Positions 45,171 through 55,704 of a stretch of 64,000 bases of DNA are shown piece by piece. Location: NCBI GenBank assembly GCA_963785305.1, contig CAWAUV010000005.1, positions 416,001-480,000 of the forward strand. Reading direction: 5' to 3'. A program made the translations under genes and the position numbers. The notes under the pieces are model-generated. The model did no database searches. It was not told the DNA's origin and saw nothing but the letters and a program-made list of their open reading frames with translations. The first letter of the stretch is position 1. Each line of letters starts with the position of its first letter. This stretch comes from an uncultured Planctomycetaceae bacterium (lineage in GTDB: Bacteria; Planctomycetota; Planctomycetia; Pirellulales; PALSA-1355).

Positions 45171-48100
45171 ATGATGCTCCGCATTTCGCTCGCGCGCCAT
45201 GGATTGTCGGCCCTTATTGCCTGGGCGATCTTGCCGCTCGGCTCATTCGCCGCCAATCCCGCGAAATCCTCGAAGTCGGCCAGCCCCGCGCCAATCGCCA
45301 TTGCCGAGATCAAACGCACCGAACCGGTGGCGTTTGAAAAGGAAGTGTTGCCGGTTTTGTCGAAGAAATGTCTTTCGTGTCACAACGCCACGACCCATGA
45401 AAGCCATTTGGTGCTCGAGTCGCCGGCCCTGATTCTCAAAGGCGGCGACAGTGGGCCGGCGGTCGTGCCCGGCGATCCGGCCAAGAGCGAACTGCTGATC
45501 GCCGCGAGCCAGCGCGGCGATTCTCCGATGCCGCCGCCGGACAACGATGTCGGGGCCGTGCCGCTTACGTCGGAGGAATTGGGGCTCATCAAGCTCTGGA
45601 TCGCCCAGGGCGCGTCGGGCGCCGTGGGCGGTTCGGCCGCCGTGCATTGGCAAGCCTTGCCGCCGGGGGTGAATCCGATCTACGCCGTGGCGATGACCGA
45701 AGATGGCCAATGGGGCGCTTGCGGTCGCGCCAATCAGATTTTTATCTACCATCTACCCTCCGGCCGGTTGGCCGCGCGACTCACCGATCCGGCCCTGGCC
45801 GACGCCGCGCACAAGCCCGGTGTCGCGCACCTGGAAATGGTGCATTCACTCGCCTTTAATCCCGACGGCTCGTTGTTGGCTTCGGGCGGGTTTCGCGAAA
45901 TCAAGTTCTGGCGTCGGTCCGGAGAAGCGCCGCGCTACACGATCGGTCCCCAGGCCGAGCCGATCACGGCCCTGGCCGCCAGTGGCGACGGGCATCGCAT
46001 TGCCGCGGGGCATCCCTCGGGCGCGATCGATGTATTCGAGGCCGAGACCGGCAAGCCGATCGCCACGTGGATCGACAAGACGAATCCGGGCGAGCCCGCG
46101 CCGGTGACGGCGCTCGAGTTCTCGCACACCAGCGCTCAATTGGCTTCGGCGGCCGGCAAGACACTGAGAATGTGGAACGTGGCCGATGGGGCCGTTGCCC
46201 GGCGAGTCGAGTTGCCGGCGCCGGCGCAAACCCTGGCGATCATGAGCGACGACGTGCGCATCGCCGCGGCCGGCGCCGAGAAGACGATCCATGTGTGGAC
46301 CGTGGCGGGCGACGAGGTGGTTGCAATCGACTCGGCGCCCGGCGCCGTAACCGCTTTGGCCGCGGCGCCCAGCGACGCCGATCGTTTGTACTCGGGCCAC
46401 GCCGACAAGACGATTCGTTTTTGGAGCATTTCGGGCAAGAAGCAACTGCGTCAGGCGGACCATGGCGCTCCGATCACGGCGCTCGCGGTGCGCGGCGATG
46501 GCGCCCAACTCGCCTCGGCCGGCGCCGACAACGCGGTCAAACTTTGGAAAACCGAAAACGGCCAACCTTGGATGAATCCGGCCAACAAGCCCCTTGCTCC
46601 GCTGGTCGATAACTTCGCGGCGAGCGAAGAGGTCGAACGCCGCGACCGGCAAGCGGCGTCGCTCGCGGCCAGGGCTAGCGACGCGAAACAGGCCGTAGCC
46701 GACGCCGAATCGTCGATCAAATCATCGGCGGAAGCGATTAAGTCGACCGAAAAGGCCCGGGACACGGCGGCGCACATCAAGACCGAGAAAGCCAAATCAG
46801 CCCAAGAGCCGATCGAGAAGAAGGCCGCCGCCGACAAAGCGATCGAAACCGCCGCCGCTGAAAAGACCGCGATCGACGCCCGACTGGCCGAAGCGATCAA
46901 AGCCGCCGACGCCGACGCCCAGAACCAAGAGCTGGCCAAGGCCCGCGACGAATTGAAGAAGCAGGTCGAAGCCGCCGCGAATAAACTGAAAGACGCCGAG
47001 AACATGGCTCGCGCGTTGGCCCCGGCGGCGGCCACGGCCCAGCAAGAGCTATTGAGCGCCGAGGCCACGAGCGCCGCCGCCGAGCAAAACGCGGTCGCGG
47101 CCGTGGCCGCGCAACGAAAAGCGATCGACGACCTGCCGCTCGCCCAAGCCGCGCTGGCGGAAGCCGACAAAGCGAAGCTCGAGGGCGAAGCCCGACTCAA
47201 GTCGGCCAAGGAGGCGATGGAAAAAGCCCGCCAGCCGATCCGCTCGCTCGCGTATTCGGCCGACCAGCAAACCTTGGCCGCCGGCGGTGACAATGGCGTG
47301 GTCGCACTGTGGGATTCGCCCTCCGGCATGGCGATCGGCGCGAGAACCTCGGCGCGGGCGGCGTGCGGGCCATCGCTTTCTCCAAGAATCTGCTTCTGGC
47401 GGCGACGGAACACGCGATCGCGGCGTGGAACGAAAGTGTCGATTGGAAGCTCGAACGCACGATCGGCTCGCCCGAAAACAACTCCCAGCTTGTCGATCGC
47501 GTGCTCGCGCTCGGATTCAGTCCCGAGGGTTCGCTCTTGGCCTCGGGCGGCGGCGATCCGAGCCGCAGCGGCGAGCTCAAGATTTGGAACGTGGCCGACG
47601 GCGCGCTCGTTCGCGAGATCACGCCCTCGCATAGCGACACGATCTTCGCCGTCGAGTTCTCACCCAATGGCAAGCAGTTGGCGTCGGCCGGCGCCGATCG
47701 CATGATGAAGGTCTTCGATGTCGCGAGCGGCGCTGGTGAAGACCTATGAAGGGCATACCCATCATGTGTTGGGAGTCTCGTGGCGCTCCGATGGGAAAAT
47801 GCTCGTGTCCGCCGGCGCCGACAATTCGGTGAAGTTCTGGGACGCCGCCACCGGCGAGCAACCGCGGCAAGCCTACAATGCCGGCAAGGAGCAAGCCGCC
47901 GTGCGATTTATCCCGCTCTCGACCAAAGTATTGACCGCCGGCGCGACACGCACGTTGCAATTGGTCGATAGCCAATCGAAAAACGGCGCCGAGAAGACCT
48001 ACGGCGGGCCGACCGATTTCCTCCATGCCCTCGCGATCAGTGGCGATGGCAAGTCGGTCTTGGGCGGCGGGCAAGACAGTAGCCTTTGGCTCTGGAACGT

Positions 48101-48176
48101 GACCAATGGCCAAATGATTCGCAAGCTCGAGCCGCCCGTCGAGCCGCTCGCGGAGCCAGCGCCGGCAAAGCCGTGA
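45171..48176 (+). CDS. Planctomycete cytochrome c domain + WD40 repeats + coiled coil (frameshifts near 47345 and 47730)
   Basis: Signal peptide, CLSCH with later MPP, many WD-type repeats, Ala/Lys/Glu coiled coil. Confidence 0.85.
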
Positions 48177-48238
48177 GCGGGCAATCGCCCGGCGGCACGG
48201 TTTGTTGAAATATTCAACAAGCTACCAAGCGCCGATGG

Positions 48239-49490
48239 TTATTCCCGCGCCCGCGGTCCGAGATGGAGTCGCAAGAGATTCATCGCTTGCTTGGCGGCCC
48301 GCGGTCGCCAGATCGCGGGATGACTCGCCAGCGCGCCGGCGCGAGAGAATCGTCTCCGGCCCGGCGAGCGCATAATGATATTCCGCCGGCGTGGTGGCTT
48401 CGCCTGGGCTGGGAAAAAAGCCGATCGCCAGCGCATAGTCGGCGCCGAATCGCAAGCGGCACGCTCGGGCGATGGCCGAAGCAAACACGTCGCCGTCGCC
48501 CGACTCCGTCGCTTCGTGGCCGAGCATCGTGGCGACTGCTGCTCGGCTCAACGTGAGACCGCCGAGAAACACCTCGCCCGCCTGGGGATTTCTTTGACTG
48601 GCCCGCATCAGCGACCCGGCCAGCAGCCCTTCGCCGCCGGCTTCGACCACGGCCAAGGTCTCGCCCCGCTCGCGCAGCAGGCGGACGACGGCGTCCTCGA
48701 GCTCGTCGTCTTCTTCGCCAAAAACCAGATTGCCCAGCGAGCGCCGGATCGTGTCGAGTGTCGGCCGCATGCGCTCCGCGCAGCTCGCGGGCGAGTCGCC
48801 TTCGGCGGTGACGCGAAGCGTGATGGTCGCCGCGCTCACGGTGATGCCCACCAGCGGGTCGCGTCCGCGGCGAATCAGGTCGGGCAGCATCTGTTCGATC
48901 TGACTTTCACCAGCGCCGAAGCATTTGACGCGGCGATGGCAAATCACCTTGCGCTCGGGCTGCATTTCCATCAGGGCCGCGGCCACATGGCCGGCGAACA
49001 TCTCGAACATCTCGGCCGGCACTCCCGGCAGAGCAAACAGCCGACATTCACCGCCGCGCCCGCGCCGGGCCACGAGATCGATGCCCGGCGCGGTGCCGCG
49101 GGGATTGAAAATCGAGCGGGCGCCGGCGGGGAAATAGGCTTGCAGGCGATTGCGTTCGGGCATCTCGCGGCCGGTGCGGGCGAAGAGCGAACGAATGTGC
49201 TCGAGCGCGGCGGCGTCGAGATTCAGTTCCACTCCGACGGCGGCGGCCATCGCTTCCCGCGTGAGGTCGTCGGCCGTGGGTCCAAGGCCGCCGGTCGAGA
49301 CGACGACATCGGCCCGCTCGATCGCGGCTCGCAGCGCATGCAGATTCTCATCGAGCGAGTCGCCGATCGTGGTGTGGTAACCCACTCGCACACCCAGGTC
49401 GCCCAAGCGTTGGCTGAGCCACTGGCTGTTCGTGTCGAGCCGCTGGCCGGTCACCAACTCATCGCCAATCGAAATGATTTCCGCAAGCAT
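48239..49490 (-). CDS. cinA: CinA-family protein (frameshift near 48340)
   Basis: SIGDEL..G..LDTN, TGGLGPTADDLT, GTAPG, LPGVPAEM. Confidence 0.88.
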
Positions 49491-49626
49491 GTTCCACGCG
49501 GGTTCTTTCTTTCTCTCGGAGCGAAGGCCGATCGAGGCGAGCTCGGCGCACGGCGTCATTGTCGGCCCGGCCGGAAAATTGACAAGAGCCTCCGTCGCGG
49601 GATATTCGGAGCGGGATATTCGGCGC

Positions 49627-50316
49627 TTAGCCCCGCTCGGAGGCGAGCCAGTGTCGGGCTCGCGCGAAGATGGCGTCGAACATCGGCTCGGTTAGCCGGC
49701 CGGTGAACGTATTCTGTTGGCTGGGATGGTAACTGCCTAGAATCCAGCGCTGGCCCGTGAGCGGCGCCTCGACGCCATGTCCAAACGCCGGCGGGCGACC
49801 CAGCAACCAGCCGCGGCGGCGGGCCAAACGAAGCGTTTCCCGATAAGCCACGCCGCCCAGCGCCACGATGACCCGCGCCGGCACGAGGTCCAGAGCGCGG
49901 TCGAGCCACGCGCCGCAGGTCGCCAATTCCGCGGGCAGCGGTTTATTGTCGGGCGGCGCGCAGTGGCAAGCGGCCGAGATCGCGGCGCCCAGGAGTCGAA
50001 GCCCATCGTCGCGCGAAACACTCCGCGGCTGATTCGCGAAGCCGGCTTTGTGCAGCGCACGATAGAGCCAATCGCCGCTGCGGTCGCCGGTGAACATGCG
50101 GCCGGTGCGATTGGCGCCATGCGCCGCCGGCGCGAGGCCCACGATCAGCAGCCGCGCCGCCGGGTCGCCAAAATTAGGCGCGGGCCGGCCCCAATAGGTC
50201 TCGTTGCGATAAGCGGCCTTGCGCTCGCGGGCCACGCGCTGGCAATGCTCGACGAGCCGCGGGCAGGCCTGGCAAGCGACAATCTCGCGATTGAGCGCTT
50301 GCCAGGCTCGGTCCAT
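49627..50316 (-). CDS. Uracil-DNA glycosylase, family 5 (4Fe-4S)
   Basis: CQACPRL, GLAPAAHGANRTGRMFTGD, CAPPDNKP, YHPSQQN. Confidence 0.9.
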   Translation of the reverse strand: MDRAWQALNREIVACQACPRLVEHCQRVARERKAAYRNETYWGRPAPNFGDPAARLLIVGLAPAAHGANRTGRMFTGDRSGDWLYRALHKAGFANQPRSVSRDDGLRLLGAAISAACHCAPPDNKPLPAELATCGAWLDRALDLVPARVIVALGGVAYRETLRLARRRGWLLGRPPAFGHGVEAPLTGQRWILGSYHPSQQNTFTGRLTEPMFDAIFARARHWLASERG

Positions 50317-50342
50317 GCTTTTCGGACGCTCGCCGCGCGGCG

Positions 50343-51746
50343 TTATTTCATCGCTTTCGACCAGGTTTCGCCCTTCTTGTAGCGCTCGGCCCGATCGACC
50401 ACGACCGGGTCCTTGCTCGTGGCGATCACTTTGTCGAGCGCCTTGTCGAACTCGGCTTTGTTCGGCTCGCGCACCTCGCGATGATGGGCCAGTTCGACAA
50501 TCGTTTCGCAAGCCACCTTGGCGAACTTCGGATCGTCCACATAGGGCAACACGAAACGGAGCGTGTCGACATCGTAGGCCGTGCGGCTTCGATTGATGAC
50601 CAGCATCTCTTCTTCCGGCGTCTTGGCCTCTTTCATCGCCTGCTTCATGCGTTCGAGCCGCTGGCGATCGGAACGTTTGTCGCGCGCGGCCGCGATCTTC
50701 ACATAGCCGCTGAAAGCTTGCAGCCGCTCGGCGGGGTCCTTGGCATTCTTGGCGATCGCGAGCAGGGCGTCGGCCACGCTGGCGTCGGGCCATTTGCTCA
50801 GAGCGTCGATGCCCAACTCGCGGCGGGTCGTTTCCGGGCTCGACGCGATCTCGACCACGAAGTGAATCAGCTTCTTGCCGCCCACGCGTCCGACCAACGG
50901 GAGCAGTTGATCACGCTCGTCGGGCTTCACGCCGTCGAGCGCTTTGATGAGCGCCTCGCCGCGCTCGTTTTCGTTTGGAATTCGAGCGCGAACCAGCGCC
51001 ACGTTCTTTTCGGCGTTGTCGCGCTCGCCGCCCCGCGCGGCTTTGAGCACTCCGGGCAGCATCGCCGCGATCAGGTCCGGTTCGCCGATTTGCCCGAGCG
51101 CGGCCATGGCGGCCGAGCGCACCTGGGCATTGTCGTCGACACTGGCGATGAGAAACGCCGGGGTCTCGCTGGTGGCGCGGCGCGTGGCCAAGACACCGAT
51201 GAGCGCCGCCTTGAGGTTCGGGTCGGCGGACTTGGCGTCGGCGGCCAGGAGTTTCGAGATTTGATCGCCGCGCAGTTGCGCGAGACTGGCTCGCGCCGCC
51301 GCTTGCTCCGATTCGGATTTGGCGGTGAGGCTTTTCACCAAAAGCGGCACGTCGTCGGCGTCGCCCAATTTGCCGAGCGCCATGATCGCGGCGACACGGA
51401 CCTGTTCATCTTGGCCCGGCCCCGCGAATTCGAGCACGGCTGGGCGAGCCGCGGCGTCGCCCCGATCAGCCAGGGCCGAAAGCAACTCGGCCCGCGCCTC
51501 GGGCGAGAGCTTGGGGAGTTGGGCGGCAAAGAGCTTGGTGGCGGCGTCGCCCTTGGCGTCGTTGCGAATTTGGTCGAGGCCCGCGGCGCGGAATTCCTTG
51601 TCCTTCTCGCCGATCAGATCGAGAATCATTTGCTGGGAACTGTCGGGCGCTTCGGCGGCGAGCAGGACCGCCGCCGGCCCCGCCAGCAGCGAGCCGCTTA
51701 AGAGGCCGGCGCCGACGAGCCAATCCAAGGTCTTCCGCGAGGTCAT
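50343..51746 (-). CDS. Secreted HEAT-repeat protein
   Basis: Signal peptide; repeated VR.AA..ALG..G units. Confidence 0.8.
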   Translation of the reverse strand: MTSRKTLDWLVGAGLLSGSLLAGPAAVLLAAEAPDSSQQMILDLIGEKDKEFRAAGLDQIRNDAKGDAATKLFAAQLPKLSPEARAELLSALADRGDAAARPAVLEFAGPGQDEQVRVAAIMALGKLGDADDVPLLVKSLTAKSESEQAAARASLAQLRGDQISKLLAADAKSADPNLKAALIGVLATRRATSETPAFLIASVDDNAQVRSAAMAALGQIGEPDLIAAMLPGVLKAARGGERDNAEKNVALVRARIPNENERGEALIKALDGVKPDERDQLLPLVGRVGGKKLIHFVVEIASSPETTRRELGIDALSKWPDASVADALLAIAKNAKDPAERLQAFSGYVKIAAARDKRSDRQRLERMKQAMKEAKTPEEEMLVINRSRTAYDVDTLRFVLPYVDDPKFAKVACETIVELAHHREVREPNKAEFDKALDKVIATSKDPVVVDRAERYKKGETWSKAMK

Positions 51747-51845
51747 GATCGTTTATCTCCGAAGAGTGTATTTTTAGAGTCGAATGGGGGAAAAGAGCTT
51801 GCTGGGCCGGCGACTTGCGCAAAAAGGGGCCAGTCGGCGTGGCAA

Positions 51846-51944
51846 GGAACGGATTAAAAATAACTTCCTGATGCATTCGCCCCCCGCCCTACCCTTCTCC
51901 CAAAGGGAGAGGGGTTCATCGAGAAGTTATTTTTTGCGCGTTCC
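51846..51944. mobile_element. MITE family B, copy 2 (99 bp)
   Basis: TIRs GGAACGGATTAAAAATAACTTC/GAAGTTATTTTTTGCGCGTTCC; CAA duplicated on both sides. Confidence 0.78.
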
Positions 51945-52025
51945 CAAGACGCGAGAGGCACGCGCGATTCCCGCTTGAGGGAAATCGCGCGTGCCAGAAA
52001 GCGGCTTTTCGGACGGCTCGCGCGA

Positions 52026-52730
52026 TCAGTCTTTCTTGCCGGCGCAGGCCAGCATGCCGCGCGTGGCGGCCAGTCGCACGAGCTTCGATTGGTGGTCGGC
52101 GGCGAGCGACTTGTAGATCGCGAGCGCGTCGGCCTGTTTGTGGTCGGCGAGTAGTGCTTCGGCGCAAGCCAATCGCGCGTCGCTCACCGCCTGCTTGTTT
52201 TCATCGGTCGAGGGCTTCGCTTCCTCGAGTGCCTTGGCCGCGGCCGAGTCACCGATATCGCCCAGCGCGGCGGCGGCGGCGCGCACCAGCGGTCCTTCGC
52301 TTTCGCCCAGCAGTTTGGCGAGGGCCGGCGTGGCGGCGGTGTCACGGCGAGCGCCGATCGAACCGATCACGCCGATCCGCAAATTGCCGCTCAGGCTCGG
52401 CAGCGCCGAACGCAACGCTTCGCCAGCCTCGGCGGCGGGGATGCGCTCGAGCGCGAATCGGGCCATGTGCGAATGCGTTTCATCGGGCAGCAGCGAGCCG
52501 AGCGTCGGCGCCGAGGCGCCCGTGCCCACGACCATCAACTTGCGGCAGACATAATCCTTGGCGTCGCGCGAAATGTCGCTCTTGAGCGCCGCCAGAAACC
52601 GGGTCTCGAGATCTTGTCGCACGTCGCTTTTCTCATGGGCGGCGACCACGGCCTCTTCGATCGGCGCCAAGGTGGCGATGGGCGTGCCCCAGTTGTATTG
52701 TTTCAGGGCCTCGAATGCTTGATCCAACAT
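52026..52730 (-). CDS. HEAT-repeat protein without a signal peptide
   Basis: CRKL..VG, ARFALERIP, AAAAALGDIG repeats. Confidence 0.8.
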   Translation of the reverse strand: MLDQAFEALKQYNWGTPIATLAPIEEAVVAAHEKSDVRQDLETRFLAALKSDISRDAKDYVCRKLMVVGTGASAPTLGSLLPDETHSHMARFALERIPAAEAGEALRSALPSLSGNLRIGVIGSIGARRDTAATPALAKLLGESEGPLVRAAAAALGDIGDSAAAKALEEAKPSTDENKQAVSDARLACAEALLADHKQADALAIYKSLAADHQSKLVRLAATRGMLACAGKKD

Positions 52731-52862
52731 AGGTATATCCTTCGAGCGGAAAATGGGTTCTTGGATTGTTCGCGTCGCTCCGCGCGGCGAGCCATTTTTT
52801 GGCGCGATCGCGGAGTTCGGAGCGCGAAGACGATTGAATACAATTGCGAATGCCGCGACGAC

Positions 52863-54083
52863 TTACAACAGCCACGGCTCGCGGCGAGCACGGTCGCGAA
52901 GCCGATTCGCCTCTTCGTCGCCCGGGAACTCTTGCTTGGCCGAGTCCCATTTCAGCGAGCGCTTGAGCTGGTAAGCGATATTGCCCAGGTGGCTCACCAC
53001 CGCGGTGTTGACGGCCAGTTCGATATCGCGGAACGGCTTTTCGCGGGTCTTCACGCAGGTGACGAAGTCGCCGTAGATATCGCCGCCGCCCTTGTACATC
53101 GGCACCGCCTTGGCCGGCAGTTTTTCGCCGGGCGTGCCTTCGATCGCCAGATTCTCGGTCTTCGGGCGATTGTGATACAGAATCAGCCCGTTGGGATATT
53201 TGTAACTGAGGTACTTGGCGTCTTTCTCTTCGTGATATTCGACTTCTTGCGGTTGCAGTTCGCGGGCATCGCAAATGAAGAGCGCGCCGCCGAAGTGATG
53301 GGCGCCCCAGTCGGTCATGCCGCCGCCGGAATAATCGCTGAACGATCGCCAGCTATCGCCATTGATCGAAAAGCTGCCGCTGCAACGCTTGGGGTTGTAG
53401 GGTCCCCAGGGCGCGGGTCCGAGCCACATGTTCCAGTCGATCTTTTCCGCCATTTCCTCGGCCGGCAGATTGCAAAGCTGGGGGAGCGGATTCACGTTGA
53501 CGTTGATCGACTTGATTTTGCCAAACTCGCCCGCCCAGGCTGGATCGACATATTTGCGATAATCGCCCAGCACGCGCTGCGAACCACCCGAGAACACGCG
53601 GCCGTAGCGGCGTCCGGCGGCGACCATTTTCGGTCCTTCGGCCAGGGTGAGCGTTTCCGGTTTCTGGCAGTAAACGTCCTTGCCCTGCCGGCAAGCTTCG
53701 ATCGCGATGATCGCATGCCAGTGATCCGGCGTGGCGATATGCACGGCGTCGATATCGGCGCGGGCGAGCAACTCGCGGAAGTCGTCGTATACCTTGCAGT
53801 CGCTGTTGCCGTAGTGCTTGTCGACGTTTTCCTTGCCCTTGTTTCGCACTTCTTCGCGCACGTCGCACATGGCGACGTACTGCACGTCTTTCCGATTAAG
53901 GAAAGCGCCTTGATCGCCGCGGCCTTGATTGCCGATGCCGATGCCGGCCATCACAATCCGGTCGCTGGCGGGGGGGCGCTGGCTATCGCCGAGCGCCGTG
54001 GAGGAAATCACATAAGGCGCGGCGACGGCGGCGCTAGCCGTCTTCAGAAAGTCGCGGCGCGAGGATCGACGAGCATTGGCCAT
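52863..54083 (-). CDS. Tat-exported Gfo/Idh/MocA oxidoreductase
   Basis: SRRDFLK Tat motif, GIGIGNQG, ATPDHWH, YCQKP, DWGAHH. Confidence 0.9.
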   Translation of the reverse strand: MANARRSSRRDFLKTASAAVAAPYVISSTALGDSQRPPASDRIVMAGIGIGNQGRGDQGAFLNRKDVQYVAMCDVREEVRNKGKENVDKHYGNSDCKVYDDFRELLARADIDAVHIATPDHWHAIIAIEACRQGKDVYCQKPETLTLAEGPKMVAAGRRYGRVFSGGSQRVLGDYRKYVDPAWAGEFGKIKSINVNVNPLPQLCNLPAEEMAEKIDWNMWLGPAPWGPYNPKRCSGSFSINGDSWRSFSDYSGGGMTDWGAHHFGGALFICDARELQPQEVEYHEEKDAKYLSYKYPNGLILYHNRPKTENLAIEGTPGEKLPAKAVPMYKGGGDIYGDFVTCVKTREKPFRDIELAVNTAVVSHLGNIAYQLKRSLKWDSAKQEFPGDEEANRLRDRARREPWLL

Positions 54084-54374
54084 GGCATGGGTCTCTCTGG
54101 GATTGCGGGGAAGCGCACGGCGCGGCGGCGCGTTCATTTGGGCCACGCGCTGCCGTCACGTAAAAAAATCGAGCCGCCGCGGGCCACGAGCAAGCGCTGC
54201 TCGCTTGTTCCCGCGCGGCGCGGGGCAAGGGTGGATTTTCATCGGGCCGGCGGCCAATGTCAAATCGCCGGAACGTTGAACCCGTTATTTTTGCCCGCGG
54301 GGACGGAGCTAGGGGCCCAGAGATGGGGGGCCTAAACAGCAACGCCGCAGCCGGTTTTCGCCGCCAACGCTTGT

Positions 54375-55508
54375 TTACTTGCTCTTAGCGGCGCCGGCGC
54401 TCTTGGCCGGGCCGGCGTCCTTGGGCGAGCTGGCCCCGGCTAGCGCTTGTTCGATCTGCGGCCCCAGGTTTTCACCCCGGGCCGAAATCGAGACCACATC
54501 GCCCTGCTTGTCTACTAGAAAAGTCGACGGAATACCGAAGATGCCATAGTGATCGGCCAGCGATGGCTTGGCCGGGTCGGTCGATTCGTCGCGCAGCGTG
54601 ACCCAGGGCGGCTTTTCCTGCGACAAGAATTCCACGAGCGCGTCGCGGTCTTCGTCGATGCTCACACCGACCACGTCGAAGCCCTGGTCGTGGTATTTGT
54701 CGTAATTCGCGCGAATGTTGGGCAATTCCTTGCGACAGGGTCCGCACCAAGTGGCCCATACATCGACCAGCACCACCTTGCCGCGGTACTTGGCCCAGTC
54801 AAAGGGTTTGCCATCGACCGTGTGGCCCGAGATTTCAAAGGGCTTGCCGACCGCGCTGAGCCGCCGGGCGGCGCCCTCGAATTTTTTCCCGATCTCGTTG
54901 AGCGTGGCATTGTCGCCGCCGGCAAGCGCCTTGCCAAAATCGGCGTAGGCTTCGGCGGCCAACTCACGGTTTCCGCCGTATTCCAGATTCGTCGCCAGCG
55001 ACATCGCCAGCCGCACCTCGTTTTGATCGAGCGCGCCCGAGCGGAGCGACTTGCTCACGGTGTCGACCAGCTCTTTTTGTTCCTTGGTATCGAGATTTTC
55101 GATATCGTTGATCTTGAGATTGAGCAGAATGGCCCGGGCCTGCTTGGCGAAATTCGATTCGGGATCTTTTTCAAGCGTCAGGATTTTCTTGGCCGCGGCT
55201 TCGACCGCCGCGGGCGCTTTCGCTTGATATTCGGCCGCTTCATCGCGCGTGGTCGGGTCATACGCGGCAACTCGCTGAATAAACGCGACCAGGGTTTTCA
55301 CATCGTCGCCCGGCGGAAGGTCATACATGCTTGCCGCGGCCGGCTTCGAATCCGACGGTTTTTCCGCCGCGACGGGGCTCGCCGGGGCTGGGGTCGCGGG
55401 CTTGGCCTTCGCGGCCGGTTTGTCGGCGGCCCGAAGACCGACTGTGGCGAGCGTGGTCAGGCAGGCGATCACCGCGAGGGAGATCAAGACGAGTCGATAT
55501 GATTTCAT
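54375..55508 (-). CDS. Secreted TlpA-family thiol-disulfide oxidoreductase
   Basis: Signal peptide; WATWCGPC; GIP cis-Pro motif. Confidence 0.88.
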   Translation of the reverse strand: MKSYRLVLISLAVIACLTTLATVGLRAADKPAAKAKPATPAPASPVAAEKPSDSKPAAASMYDLPPGDDVKTLVAFIQRVAAYDPTTRDEAAEYQAKAPAAVEAAAKKILTLEKDPESNFAKQARAILLNLKINDIENLDTKEQKELVDTVSKSLRSGALDQNEVRLAMSLATNLEYGGNRELAAEAYADFGKALAGGDNATLNEIGKKFEGAARRLSAVGKPFEISGHTVDGKPFDWAKYRGKVVLVDVWATWCGPCRKELPNIRANYDKYHDQGFDVVGVSIDEDRDALVEFLSQEKPPWVTLRDESTDPAKPSLADHYGIFGIPSTFLVDKQGDVVSISARGENLGPQIEQALAGASSPKDAGPAKSAGAAKSK

Positions 55509-55704
55509 GCGGTGCATTCTCCCGGCGAACAACAAGTGGAGCGTGAGGTGGTTTGCGTGCCCGGCGCGGCGACCGAAGGCCAAGCCGATGCTCAAAGCCT
55601 ACGCCGATTCGAGGCCGCGGGCAACCCGCTTCGCCGCCATATTCAAGCGTGAATGCGGAAAACCGCGAAACGCGCTAACCGACTGCCCGCGGACACAGGG
55701 TGAA

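Noticed and set aside
12651..54335. Long antisense or alternate-frame ORFs (e.g. 12651-14210, 23340-24707, 52467-54335)
   Set aside because: Shadow ORFs of genuine high-GC genes, Arg/Ala-rich and without motifs
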